Of a DNA stretch of 64,000 nt, positions 54,226 through 63,189 are shown one piece after another. Under the pieces are notes generated by a model. The model did no database searches. It was given only the letters and a program-made list of their open reading frames with translations, and had not been told where the DNA came from. The first letter of the stretch is position 1. Each line of letters begins with the position of its first letter. Origin of the DNA: Acidimicrobiales bacterium. Its GTDB lineage: Bacteria > Actinomycetota > Acidimicrobiia > Acidimicrobiales > JAJPHD01. The stretch lies in contig JAVKSL010000009.1 of assembly GCA_039583695.1 (NCBI GenBank), positions 118-64,117 on the forward strand. The letters are read 5' to 3'. The position numbers and the translations under genes were made by a program.

Positions 54226-54792
54226 GGAGCGGCCTTGTGTCCATCTTGCTCTCGGAGGATCTGATCGAACTCGGATCGCTCGACCGCTGCCCGCAGCATG
54301 TCACTTGCAGACCTGCTTCGCGATGCCCGCCAGCGCCGCAGAGACAGGCCCCGACTCCGGCGAGCTGAAGTCGGTACGCATTGACACCACCGGTTACCGC
54401 CCGGCGCGTGGGCTCTACCGCTGGCCATGGAGCTGGTCGGCCGTGTGGACAAGTCCTTACGGCGGTCGCGCCTGCCATAAGACCCTCACCCGGACGGCAG
54501 TCGGCCAGTACGGCATCGGCGGTTGTGGCATGAGCATCATCAGCGGCATATGACATACGTCCGATGGGGTGAGCTTGCCGCTTTAGGGCTTCGGTGAGCT
54601 ATTAGCTGCCGGTCCCGCCATGCGCCTACTCGCCTCCAAACACTGACGCTGGTTCCAAACCCCCGGGCGTCAGGCGTACTGCGCCCCGAAAGCCGTGCGA
54701 ATCAGCCAAAAAGCGCTGCCGGTCTTCTCCGCTGGACTGCAGCCGCTGGCCGGTGATGCTCACCGTCCTGCAGTGACCGCTGACCGCGCCCT

Positions 54793-55671
54793 TCACATGT
54801 TCGAGCTGTCCGCTGGTACCCCGCGCGGCGCAGGCGGAGCGCCGCCGTCCTTCTCGGCCGGCGTTGTGCAGCTCACCCCCAGCGTGTAAGCCGTCATCGA
54901 CAGCGAGCCGTAGGCGTAGCCGTCGATGAGCACGGAGACGGCCTCGTCGCCAGCGCCGGCGAGTCCGGCTAAATACAGGGCGGGGATGAAGTGATCCGGC
55001 GTTGGCACCGCGCTGCGGTAGTCGGTGTGGGCGTCCAACGTCGGGAACTCTGTGGGCGAGGTGAGCATCGTCTGCTTGGCTCCCTCGTTGAACCGCTGCG
55101 CCCAGTCAAACCCGTCGTCCTTGAGCGACGGGTCCACCTCCCGCAGGTTGTGCACCACGTTGCCGCTAGCCACCACCAGCACGTCACGCTCGCGCAGGGG
55201 CGCGAGTTTCGCGCCGAGCTTGAGGTGGTAGTCGAAGTCCCTCTCGGCGTTGATGCTCAGCTGCACAACCGGGATCGAGGCGTCCGGAAACGCATGGACC
55301 AGCACCGACCAGGTCCCATGGTCGATGCCCCAGCTATCCAAATCAGCGCCGACCCAAGTCGGCTTGGCAATGTCGGCCACCTCGTCGTACAGCTCCGGCA
55401 ACCCTGGAGCGGGGTACTGGACGTCGAGAAGCTCCTGCGGGAAGCCGTAGAAATCGTGGATGGTGCGTGGCCGCGGCATTGCCGTGACGGCGGTCGCGTT
55501 GACATACCAGTGCGCGCTGATCACCAGGATCGCCCGGGGGCGTGGCACCGCCTGCCCGAAGGCACGCCAGGCCGCGGTGTACCGGTTCACCTCGAGGGCA
55601 TTCATCGGGCTGCCGTGGCCGAAGAACGCCGCCGGCATAAGAGTCCGGGTCTCACCAATGCAAACGCTCAT
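54793..55671 (-). CDS. 4,5-DOPA dioxygenase extradiol-like (class III extradiol dioxygenase, YgiD family)
   Basis: ORF 54793..55944 trimmed to ATG 55671 (aggag RBS): MPAAFFGHGSPMNA...ILVISAHW...DHGTWSVL...SGNVVHNL.... Confidence 0.85.
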   Translation of the reverse strand: MSVCIGETRTLMPAAFFGHGSPMNALEVNRYTAAWRAFGQAVPRPRAILVISAHWYVNATAVTAMPRPRTIHDFYGFPQELLDVQYPAPGLPELYDEVADIAKPTWVGADLDSWGIDHGTWSVLVHAFPDASIPVVQLSINAERDFDYHLKLGAKLAPLRERDVLVVASGNVVHNLREVDPSLKDDGFDWAQRFNEGAKQTMLTSPTEFPTLDAHTDYRSAVPTPDHFIPALYLAGLAGAGDEAVSVLIDGYAYGSLSMTAYTLGVSCTTPAEKDGGAPPAPRGVPADSSNM

Positions 55672-56858
55672 GCCAAACTCCTGTCTATCCGACCGTACGG
55701 GCAGCCCTACCAGTGGCGCCTGATGGCAACGCGGCCCTGGCCGCCGTCCTGCGCGGCAGGCTAACAGGCGCAGGGCCGAGGGGTCGGTGCTCGTTTCCGG
55801 TCCCGCGGCGGTCTCTGGCCGACGACGGGCGAGACGGCCTGTATCCCGCTCGCAAACGGCCCCGGTCGCCTGGCGGGGTTCGAGGTGGCGGACCGACACC
55901 TGACCGCGCTCACGGCCTCTGTGGGCAGCCCGGTTGCCCGGCACTGCATCGCCTAGTCGCGATCACCCAATGCTCAGGGCGCGAGCACGGTGTAGGACCT
56001 CATCGCCCGGCAGGGACGTCTGCGATGCGGCTGACCGCCGACGATGCTGACGTTGGGGCGGCGAGCTGGTCGAGCCCGTTGGCCGGCACGGCCCTCGGGC
56101 ACTCCGGCCGATGAGCACCCATCGGACGTGCCTGGTGTCAATGAGACCAGTCGAGCCTGGACGTCATACCCTGCAAGTCCGCAATGGCCGAAACTCGAGC
56201 AGCACTCAAACCTTCGACGCCGCAGAGGGCGAGATCGTCGCTTTGCCATTGACACTTTCCGATGCAGTTCCCAGCGTCCGCCCCCTTGCGATTGAGCACG
56301 AATACGCGAGATCGCCGCGCGTCATCGCCTCGTCGCCGATCCTCCCGAGTGGTCGTCGCTCGTGGGTCGCAAGGCGCTCCGAGACGCGGCGCGTGCCCGG
56401 TACATCGAGGCTTGTCGATGGTCCAGCTCGGCTAGAAGACCGTTCCTTCCTCCGGCGTGTTGGGACGTCTTCGCGTGGGAGCTGGTCCGAGACGCCGCAG
56501 AAGCCGCGGCCGCCGAGCAGAAGGTGAGCGTCGGCACCATCAGCAGTTGCGCGCTCGTGTTCGTCGTCGAGGGGAGCTGGTCTCGCCCGGCGTGGCGTTG
56601 TGCTCGGTAGCTGCGGCAACAGACGCTGGCACAACGACGGCGATCCTCCGCGAGGTGTTCTAGTTGTCGCTCCCAGCCTCCTGATCACTGCTCGCAACGG
56701 AACCGAGACCTACTGAGAACACTGGATTGCTTGGTGGCGGACCGCGTGCTCAGCCAAATCCTATTAGGCCTACGACGCCTCCCGCCACGGTGGTGCTGTC
56801 CGCCTCGCCGCCCAGATCGCCCCCGCTGGGGTGGCACCTGCGTCGGCGATCCTGACGC

Positions 56859-57230
56859 CTATTGGCTCTTCTCTTGTTGCTCGGTCTCGATCAGGCGCGC
56901 CGCCGCGGCTCGATACACGGCGTGCTCGTCGCGGGCAGCGATGACCAATACGTCTCTCGTGGTGTTGTCGACCTGCCGATGCCGGTAGACGACGCGAAAG
57001 CGCTGAGGATGGCGGCCGGCGATGTCGAACTTTACGCGGGCCAAGCCATGTAAATCGGCGCTGACCCGGCGTTCACCCAGCTCCTTGCCGGTGATGCGGC
57101 CGTGGGCTAGGTCCGCGAGAGTCCCCTGGATAGCGTCGAAGACCTCGGGATCGAGGGTCCGCAGGTCGTCGCTGATGTCGCGGTGGAACGTCAGGCGGAA
57201 GCGAGGAGGGCGCTCGGCTCCACGGCTCAC
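56859..57230 (-). CDS. RelE/ParE-family toxin
   Basis: 123 aa. 4-nt overlap with the upstream Phd-like ORF. ...LHGLARVKFDIAGRHPQRFRVVYRH...DVLVIAARDEHAVY. Confidence 0.7.
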   Translation of the reverse strand: MSRGAERPPRFRLTFHRDISDDLRTLDPEVFDAIQGTLADLAHGRITGKELGERRVSADLHGLARVKFDIAGRHPQRFRVVYRHRQVDNTTRDVLVIAARDEHAVYRAAAARLIETEQQEKSQ

Positions 57231-57508
57231 CCCTGTCGGTCAGCTCGCAGGGCACCGATGAGGTCGTTCACAGCGGCGTGACTGAGCCGCTGGCCGTCGT
57301 TGCTGGCCAGCCGACGTCGGGCCAGCTCGATGTCAAAGTCGTCCTCCGCCTCCTCCAGCAGCTTTTCCCAGACGTCGACCGGGACGATCACGCCCTGAGC
57401 ACGCCGGTGCGAGCCGAAGTAGACCGGTTCTCCCTCGCCAGCGTCGAAAGACCTGGCGATGCGGTGGAGCGCCTCACGGGCCTCGCCGACGGTGATGACC
57501 TCAACCAT
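57227..57508 (-). CDS. Phd/YefM-like antitoxin
   Basis: MVEVITVGEAREALHRIARSF...EPVYFGSHRRAQGVIVPVDVWEKLLE. Confidence 0.7.
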   Translation of the reverse strand: MVEVITVGEAREALHRIARSFDAGEGEPVYFGSHRRAQGVIVPVDVWEKLLEEAEDDFDIELARRRLASNDGQRLSHAAVNDLIGALRADRQG

Positions 57509-58190
57509 GGGAGCTATCGTATCGGAAGTCGTACGGGTAGCGGTACTGATCCTTGATTGTGGCTGATCTTCTCGGCGACCCAGTTGGCCAACGGGCTACG
57601 CGATCCGCCCAGGCCGGAGGTGGTGCTGGGCGGCAGAGTGTCCGTATAGGCCGCCCGATGAACCGTCCCGGTCAGGGGGCGTCAACTGCAACAGCCGCTT
57701 CATCCCGGTCGGCTTCATCTTCGAGCAACCTGGCCGGAGCGAGTACCGGGATCCTTGTAGGAGCAGGCACTGCGTCGCCCGACCGCCAGGTCCATGGGCC
57801 GCCCAGAAGGTCCTAGTCTGGTACCCCGTCCTCCTCGCCGCGGGTCTCGCCAGACGAGTACCGAACGACGGTTATGGCATCGCCGCCACCGAGTGCGCTC
57901 GTGGAGCCGGGGTCCCGAAGGCGGGCGGGGCTGAGGCACTCATAACGACGCCGACCGGCGGCTCAACCCGGCCGTCCCGCCTACAAGCGCCCAGCTTGCT
58001 TGCTTCAGCACACATCGGGTCTGCCGCTGCCGTCGGGCACAGGACCATCGGCGTCAAGCCGTCGCAGTTGGGGATCCTCTGACCGAGCCTGCCTGAGGCC
58101 GGCAGGCGCGCTGGCACTTCTCGGCCGGAGTGAGCTTGGAAGCTCGGTTCGGCGTGCAAAAGTCGCAAAACAGCGCATTTCGGACATACC

Positions 58191-58792
58191 CGTATGATTT
58201 GCCACTTGCACGACAGGACAGATTGAGGCAGACTGGCTCCAGTACGACCCACTTCCCCCGTGGCTCAACGGCATAGGTGGTCGCCGGTCCTGCGCTGGCG
58301 CCCGGTGAGAAAGGGTGTGGCTCTTGCGTGTGGGCGAGGCCACAGCGGGGAGCTGGCGCTCGCCGCTGGTGGAGATCGAGCGTGCGGTCCAGGAGCGGGC
58401 GAAGGCGGCCTCGCTGGACATGGCCGCCCCAGGTGGTCCGACCGCCCTGGCAGCTCTGGTCGGCGAGGAGGTCGCCTGCTGGTCGGCAGACCACGCCCGG
58501 GGGCTGCGAGCATTCGACCTGGCCGACCCGGACCTGGTCGCCGGGCGGGTCTACCGAAACCTGGCGGGCTACGGCCCGCTGGAGGCCCTGCTGGACGACC
58601 CCGACGTGTGGGAGATCTCGGTCAACGCTCCCGACGAGATCTTCGCCCGCCGCCATACAGGGCGCTCGGGCTACCACGACGAGGCCTTCCACGACGACGA
58701 CCACGTCCTGCGCACGCTCACCAAGCTGGTGGACGATTCGACCGCCTCCCACCGCAAGCTGGACCCAGCCGAGGGCCTGCAGGACGCCCAGC
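58191..58792. repeat. diverged direct repeat, copy B (homologous to 40497-41103)
   Basis: Covers ~125 bp upstream of cpaF plus its first ~160 codons. Confidence 0.85.
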
Positions 58793-59757
58793 TGGACACC
58801 GGGGCCCGGCTCCACGTTGTCCATTCAGATATCGGTAGAGGCGGACACCTGCTGGTGAACATCCGCAAGTTCACTGGGCTGCCCATCCGGAGCCTGGACG
58901 AGCTGGTGGAGCGGGACACGCTGAGCGCGAACGCGGCACGAGCGCTGCGAGCTTGTGTCGCCGCCCGGCTCTCGATCCTGTTCGCCGGGGCACCAGGCAG
59001 TGGCAAGACCACCATGCTGGCTTGCTGCGCCGCCGAGCTGGACCCCGCGCTGCGGGTGGTGGTGGCCGAGGAGGTCTTCGAGTGTGACCTGTCGCTGCCC
59101 AACGTGGCGCACATGCAGACTCGCCCGGCGCGGGCCGACCGGACGGAGGTGGACCTGCGTCGGCTGGTGGCTGGATTCTTGCGAATGGCCCCCGATGTGG
59201 CGATCGTCGGGGAGGTGCGCGACACCGGCGAGGCGCTGCCGCTCCTGCTCACCCTCTCGTCGGGAGTCACGGGCTTCACCACGATCCACGCTGGATCCGC
59301 CCGCCAAGCCCTCACCCGGCTGCGCTTCATCTGCCAGCTGGGCCGGCAAGGTGCTGGAGAGCTGCCACTGTGGGCGCTTTCGGCTCTGGTGAGCGAGGCG
59401 GTCGATGTGGTGGTCCACTCCCGGCGCACCCCAAGTGGGGTGGAGGTGAGCGAGATCGTGGCCGTGGAGGACCTCCAGTCGGGTCCCGAGTCCACCGCGT
59501 TCACCGTGACCGAGCTGTTCAGCCGACCGGGCTTCGGCGCGCCGCTGGCATGGAGCGGGAACCTGCCTGTGCGGGCCGGAGCCGCGATCGGGGCTGCCGG
59601 GTACGACCTGTGTGAACTGTTCGACCCTGGGGAGACCCGAGCGGCTGGGGCGCGACGCCCGCTGCATCGGGTCGACCTCGAGGGCTCGCCCGCCAGCGGC
59701 GGCTCCGCTCAGGTGCGCCAGATCGGCCGGCCCCGCAGCTGGGGCGGCGACCGATGA
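58315..59757 (+). CDS. cpaF: CpaF/TadA-family secretion ATPase (type II/IV secretion NTPase)
   Basis: 480 aa. Walker A GAPGSGKTT, VVVAEEVFE (Asp box/Walker B region), IVGEVRD, TTIHAGSA (His box). Confidence 0.88.
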   Translation: MWLLRVGEATAGSWRSPLVEIERAVQERAKAASLDMAAPGGPTALAALVGEEVACWSADHARGLRAFDLADPDLVAGRVYRNLAGYGPLEALLDDPDVWEISVNAPDEIFARRHTGRSGYHDEAFHDDDHVLRTLTKLVDDSTASHRKLDPAEGLQDAQLDTGARLHVVHSDIGRGGHLLVNIRKFTGLPIRSLDELVERDTLSANAARALRACVAARLSILFAGAPGSGKTTMLACCAAELDPALRVVVAEEVFECDLSLPNVAHMQTRPARADRTEVDLRRLVAGFLRMAPDVAIVGEVRDTGEALPLLLTLSSGVTGFTTIHAGSARQALTRLRFICQLGRQGAGELPLWALSALVSEAVDVVVHSRRTPSGVEVSEIVAVEDLQSGPESTAFTVTELFSRPGFGAPLAWSGNLPVRAGAAIGAAGYDLCELFDPGETRAAGARRPLHRVDLEGSPASGGSAQVRQIGRPRSWGGDR

Positions 59758-60623
59758 GCGTGATAGTGACGCTGGTTGCGGCGTACGGCGCCTTTCTGGT
59801 CTGGAGCGCGGTCTTCACGGGCTGGCGGGGCGTCGGGCCAGGACCCGCCCGCTTGCGCGGGGCCGGCCCGAGGTGGCTTGGCCGTCGATGGTTCGTGACC
59901 CAAGGAGTCCCGGCGCGCGAGCTGGCGGGCGCGGTGAGCCTGCTGGGGGTCATGGGCTTCGCGGCCGGCTTGGCGATCTTCGGGGCCCCGTTCCCGGCCT
60001 TGGCAGCCGGGGGGTTGGCTGCCTGTGTTCCCGTAGGCGCTTACCGGGCCCGGGCCCAGCGGCGCATGAGCGAGGCTCGAGCTGGATGGCCGCGGATGCT
60101 CGAAGCGATGCGGGTCCAGATCGGGGCGCTCGGCCGCTCGATCCCCCAAGCCCTCTTCGAGGCCGGGCGCGAGGGCCCTGCCGAGCTTCGAGGCGCTTTC
60201 GCCGCCGCCGAGAGGGAGTGGTTGGTGTCGACCGACTTCGCCCGCACCGTCGCGGTGCTCAAGGACGCACTGGCCGACCCCACCGCCGATGCCGCGTGCG
60301 AGACCCTCCTCGTGGCTCACGAGGTCGGGGGCGCCGACGTGGACAAGCGCCTGGCTGCGCTGGTGGAGGACCGCACCGCCGAAATCCAGGCGCGACGTGA
60401 CGCCCTCGCGCAGCAGGCCGGCGCTCGCTTTGCCCGGCGCTTCGTCGCCGTGGTCCCCATCGGCATGGCCCTGGCCGGCATCTCGATCGGCACCGGCCGC
60501 GAAGCCTTCGGGACCCCCCTCGGTCAGGTCCTGGTGCTGATCGGGCTGGCGGCAATGGCCGGGTGCTGGGTGTGGGCTGGGCGGCTCATGCGCATCCCGG
60601 ACACCGAGCGGGTCTTGCGATGA
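59754..60623 (+). CDS. tadB: TadB-like type II secretion F-family membrane protein
   Basis: 289 aa. 4-nt overlap with cpaF. N-terminal TM helix, cytoplasmic helical domain, C-terminal TM helices. Confidence 0.75.
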   Translation: MSVIVTLVAAYGAFLVWSAVFTGWRGVGPGPARLRGAGPRWLGRRWFVTQGVPARELAGAVSLLGVMGFAAGLAIFGAPFPALAAGGLAACVPVGAYRARAQRRMSEARAGWPRMLEAMRVQIGALGRSIPQALFEAGREGPAELRGAFAAAEREWLVSTDFARTVAVLKDALADPTADAACETLLVAHEVGGADVDKRLAALVEDRTAEIQARRDALAQQAGARFARRFVAVVPIGMALAGISIGTGREAFGTPLGQVLVLIGLAAMAGCWVWAGRLMRIPDTERVLR

Positions 60624-61528
60624 CCAGGCTGTGGGCACTGTCCGGCATCGCCGCCTGGGTGGGCGTCACCCTGCTCCTCGGCGAGTCGCGCCGTTTTACT
60701 CGACCGAGCCTCACCGAGCGACTTCGTCCGTACGCCCCGGGCACTCCCGGGAACGGTCCCCGCGACCCATTCTCGGTGGCCACGATCAAAGAGCTCCTGG
60801 GGCCACTTGCCACCGACCTCGGCGAGAGGCTCGCCCGGTGCTTCGGAGTTGGCGAAGAATTGGGTCGTCGTCTGGCACGCATCCACTCCCCACTCGATCT
60901 CAGCGCTTTCAGGCTTAGCCAGCTCGGGTGGGCTCTGGCGGGATTCGGGCTTGGAGCGGTGATCGACCTGGTCGGCGCTCCTCCTGTGGTCCTTGGCCTG
61001 CTCGGTGTGCTGGGCACACCCCTGCTGGTGTTCCTGGTCATCGAGCAACGCCTGGCCTCGGCTTCCAAGGCCTGGCAGCGCCGGCTGACCCTGGAGCTTC
61101 CCGTGGTCGCCGAGCAACTGGCGATGCTGATCGGCGCTGGCTACTCCCTCGGAGCTGGACTGGCCCGCCTTGCCGAAAGGAGTCATGGTGTGGCTGGCGC
61201 GGACCTGGCGCGGCTGTGCGGGCGTATACGCCATGGCCTGTCGGAGTCGGCTGCCCTGGCAGAGTGGGCCGAAGTAGCGGACGTGGAGTGTCTTCGGCGA
61301 CTGATCCCCATCCTGGCGCTGCACTCCGAGGCACCTGAGCTCGGCCGGCTCATCTCTGAGGAGGCCCGCTCGATGAGGCGCGATGTCGGTCGCTCCCTGG
61401 TCGAGATGATGGAGCGCCGCGCCCAGCAAGTGTGGATCCCGGTAACCGTTGCGGCCCTGGTGCCAGGCGTGATCTTCCTGGCCATCCCCTTCATTCAGGC
61501 ACTACGTGCCTTCTCGTTGGGTCCGTAG
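60620..61528 (+). CDS. tadC: TadC-like type II secretion F-family membrane protein
   Basis: ATG 60620 overlaps the tadB stop (ATGA). ...LELPVVAEQLAMLIGAGYSLGAGLARLA... is the T2SSF-type motif. Confidence 0.75.
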   Translation: MTRLWALSGIAAWVGVTLLLGESRRFTRPSLTERLRPYAPGTPGNGPRDPFSVATIKELLGPLATDLGERLARCFGVGEELGRRLARIHSPLDLSAFRLSQLGWALAGFGLGAVIDLVGAPPVVLGLLGVLGTPLLVFLVIEQRLASASKAWQRRLTLELPVVAEQLAMLIGAGYSLGAGLARLAERSHGVAGADLARLCGRIRHGLSESAALAEWAEVADVECLRRLIPILALHSEAPELGRLISEEARSMRRDVGRSLVEMMERRAQQVWIPVTVAALVPGVIFLAIPFIQALRAFSLGP

Positions 61529-61564
61529 AGGACCCCTCTTGCCAACAAAGAAAGGTAGGTCGTC

Positions 61565-61786
61565 ATGAGCGACGCAATCATCAGGGCATGGCTGTTCGGA
61601 CAAGCGGTGGGCGCCTGGCTGCAGGACCGAATCAACCCAGGTGAAGAGGGTGAGGGAGTCATCTCCGCATGCATCGCGGTGCTTATTATGGCCTTCTTGG
61701 GAGTTGGCTTGTGGTTGGCGTTTCGGTCCATACTCGGCAGCGCGACGACAAGCGTCAGCAACCAGGTCGCCAAGATCGGATCCTGA
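61565..61786 (+). CDS. small Flp-like/DUF4244-like putative pilin
   Basis: 73 aa with a charged N-terminal part, then a single hydrophobic helix GVISACIAVLIMAFLGVGLWLAF. Its position immediately after tadC matches actinobacterial tad loci. Confidence 0.5.
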   Translation: MSDAIIRAWLFGQAVGAWLQDRINPGEEGEGVISACIAVLIMAFLGVGLWLAFRSILGSATTSVSNQVAKIGS

Positions 61787-61797
61787 GGTCGGCGGCG

Positions 61798-62199
61798 GTG
61801 AGTGGCCCAGGTCGCGATGAGGGCGGCACCGGCCTCATCGCGAGCGTCGTGGGGGTGGCGGTCTTTCTGATATTGCTGTTGCTCGCCGTGCAGGTGATCT
61901 TCGATCTGTACGCCCGCTCGGCGGTGACGGCGGCCGCCCTGGATGCAGCCAGCGCGGTCGCGGGGTCCGACGGCAGGGCCACACCCGCTGCGCAGGCCGA
62001 CGCCGTAGCCAACGCCCGAGCGATCCTCGGACGCTACGGGGCCCGCGCCAGCTTTGCCTGGCAGATCACCCCCAACAAGGTGGAGCTGACCGTGTCGGTT
62101 AGCAACCCCAGCGTGCTTCCAAGCTTCGCCGCGACAGGGCTCGGCCTGAGCCAGCTAACTCGGAGCGTCGTGATGAACAGAGAAAGGGTGAGGCCATGA
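61798..62199 (+). CDS. TadE-like protein
   Basis: GTG 61798 inside ORF 61669..62199: VSGPGRDEGGTGLIASVVGVAVFLILLLLAVQV.... TadE-type N-terminal helix. Confidence 0.65.
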   Translation: MSGPGRDEGGTGLIASVVGVAVFLILLLLAVQVIFDLYARSAVTAAALDAASAVAGSDGRATPAAQADAVANARAILGRYGARASFAWQITPNKVELTVSVSNPSVLPSFAATGLGLSQLTRSVVMNRERVRP

Positions 62200-62699
62200 G
62201 GCAAAGGACTCTCAGGTCCCTCAGGCCCCTGGGAGAAAGGTCTCGACGCCGACCCCTGCAAAGCGGAGGAGAGGCAGGTCAGCTCGGTGGCCTGGAGGCA
62301 CTGATCTTCGGGGTCCTCGTCTTCGTGTTCGGGACCCTGGTGATCGCCAACGCATGGGGAGTGCTCGACGCCAAGCTGGCGGTGTCCGCTGCCGCCGCCA
62401 ACGCGGCCAGGGCCTTCGTGCAGGACGAGGCGGCTGAGCCAGCCGCGGCGGCCAGGACCGCCGCCTCGCAGACCCTCTCGGACTCTGGGCGCAGCCTCGC
62501 TCGCATGACCCTGAGCATCACCGGGACGCCATCGCGGTGCGGCTCGGTCGTGGCCCTGGTCCGCTATCGAGTGCCGCTCATAGCTGTTCCCCTGCTCGGG
62601 GGCTTCGGCCACAGCTTCACCGTGGCCTCCACCCACACCGAGGCGCTCGACCCGTACCGTAGCGGCCTTCCTGGGGAGGCTGCGTGCTCACCCGGGTGA
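62196..62699 (+). CDS. TadE-like protein
   Basis: ...EAGQLGGLEALIFGVLVFVFGTLVIANAWGVLDAKLAVSAAA.... 4-nt overlap with the preceding gene. Confidence 0.6.
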   Translation: MRQRTLRSLRPLGERSRRRPLQSGGEAGQLGGLEALIFGVLVFVFGTLVIANAWGVLDAKLAVSAAAANAARAFVQDEAAEPAAAARTAASQTLSDSGRSLARMTLSITGTPSRCGSVVALVRYRVPLIAVPLLGGFGHSFTVASTHTEALDPYRSGLPGEAACSPG

Positions 62700-63169
62700 G
62701 GGGCATCGGGCTTTGCCGGCACGACGAGCAGGGCAGCGCCTTGTTCCTGGTGCCAGCCGCAGTCCTGGTGCTGGCGGTCCTGGGCGCCATAGCCGTGAAT
62801 GCCGGTGCCGCGTTCCTCGCACAGCACGAGCTGGCTATCGACGCCCAGACCGCCGCCGATGACGCCACCGGGCAGCTCGCCGCCTCCGCCTTCTACCACC
62901 GGGGCGCCCTCTTTGTCGATAGGGCGACCGCTACCCGAGTCGCTCAGGCATCGATCGCCGCCCAGAGCCTCAGCGGTGTGAGGCTCGACGGCCCGGTCCG
63001 AGTCACCGTGCAGGGCGCCCAGGTCTGCGTCTCGCTCACCGGCAAGGTCCCGGTCATCTTCGGCGCCAGGCTCCCGGGGGTAACAAGATGGATCGCGGTC
63101 TCAGCTCACTCGACGGCGACCGCCGCTGGATACCTCGGCTCCAGCGTGCCGCCTCGGACCCTCTGCTAG
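62684..63169 (+). CDS. TadE/TadG-like pilus-assembly protein (Rv3654c-like)
   Basis: ...DEQGSALFLVPAAVLVLAVLGAIAVNAGAAFLAQHELAIDAQTAADDA.... Confidence 0.55.
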   Translation: MLTRVRGIGLCRHDEQGSALFLVPAAVLVLAVLGAIAVNAGAAFLAQHELAIDAQTAADDATGQLAASAFYHRGALFVDRATATRVAQASIAAQSLSGVRLDGPVRVTVQGAQVCVSLTGKVPVIFGARLPGVTRWIAVSAHSTATAAGYLGSSVPPRTLC

Positions 63170-63189
63170 TCCAAGAAAGGAGCCGCAAA

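Noticed and set aside
57872-58252. Cys-containing minus-strand ORF (…CPKCAV…PNCDG…) upstream of cpaF as a zinc-finger regulator.
   Set aside because: The Cys spacing does not fit a known zinc ribbon. The ORF overlaps the conserved repeat/promoter region of cpaF, codon usage is poor, and the homologous region of copy A has no equivalent ORF.
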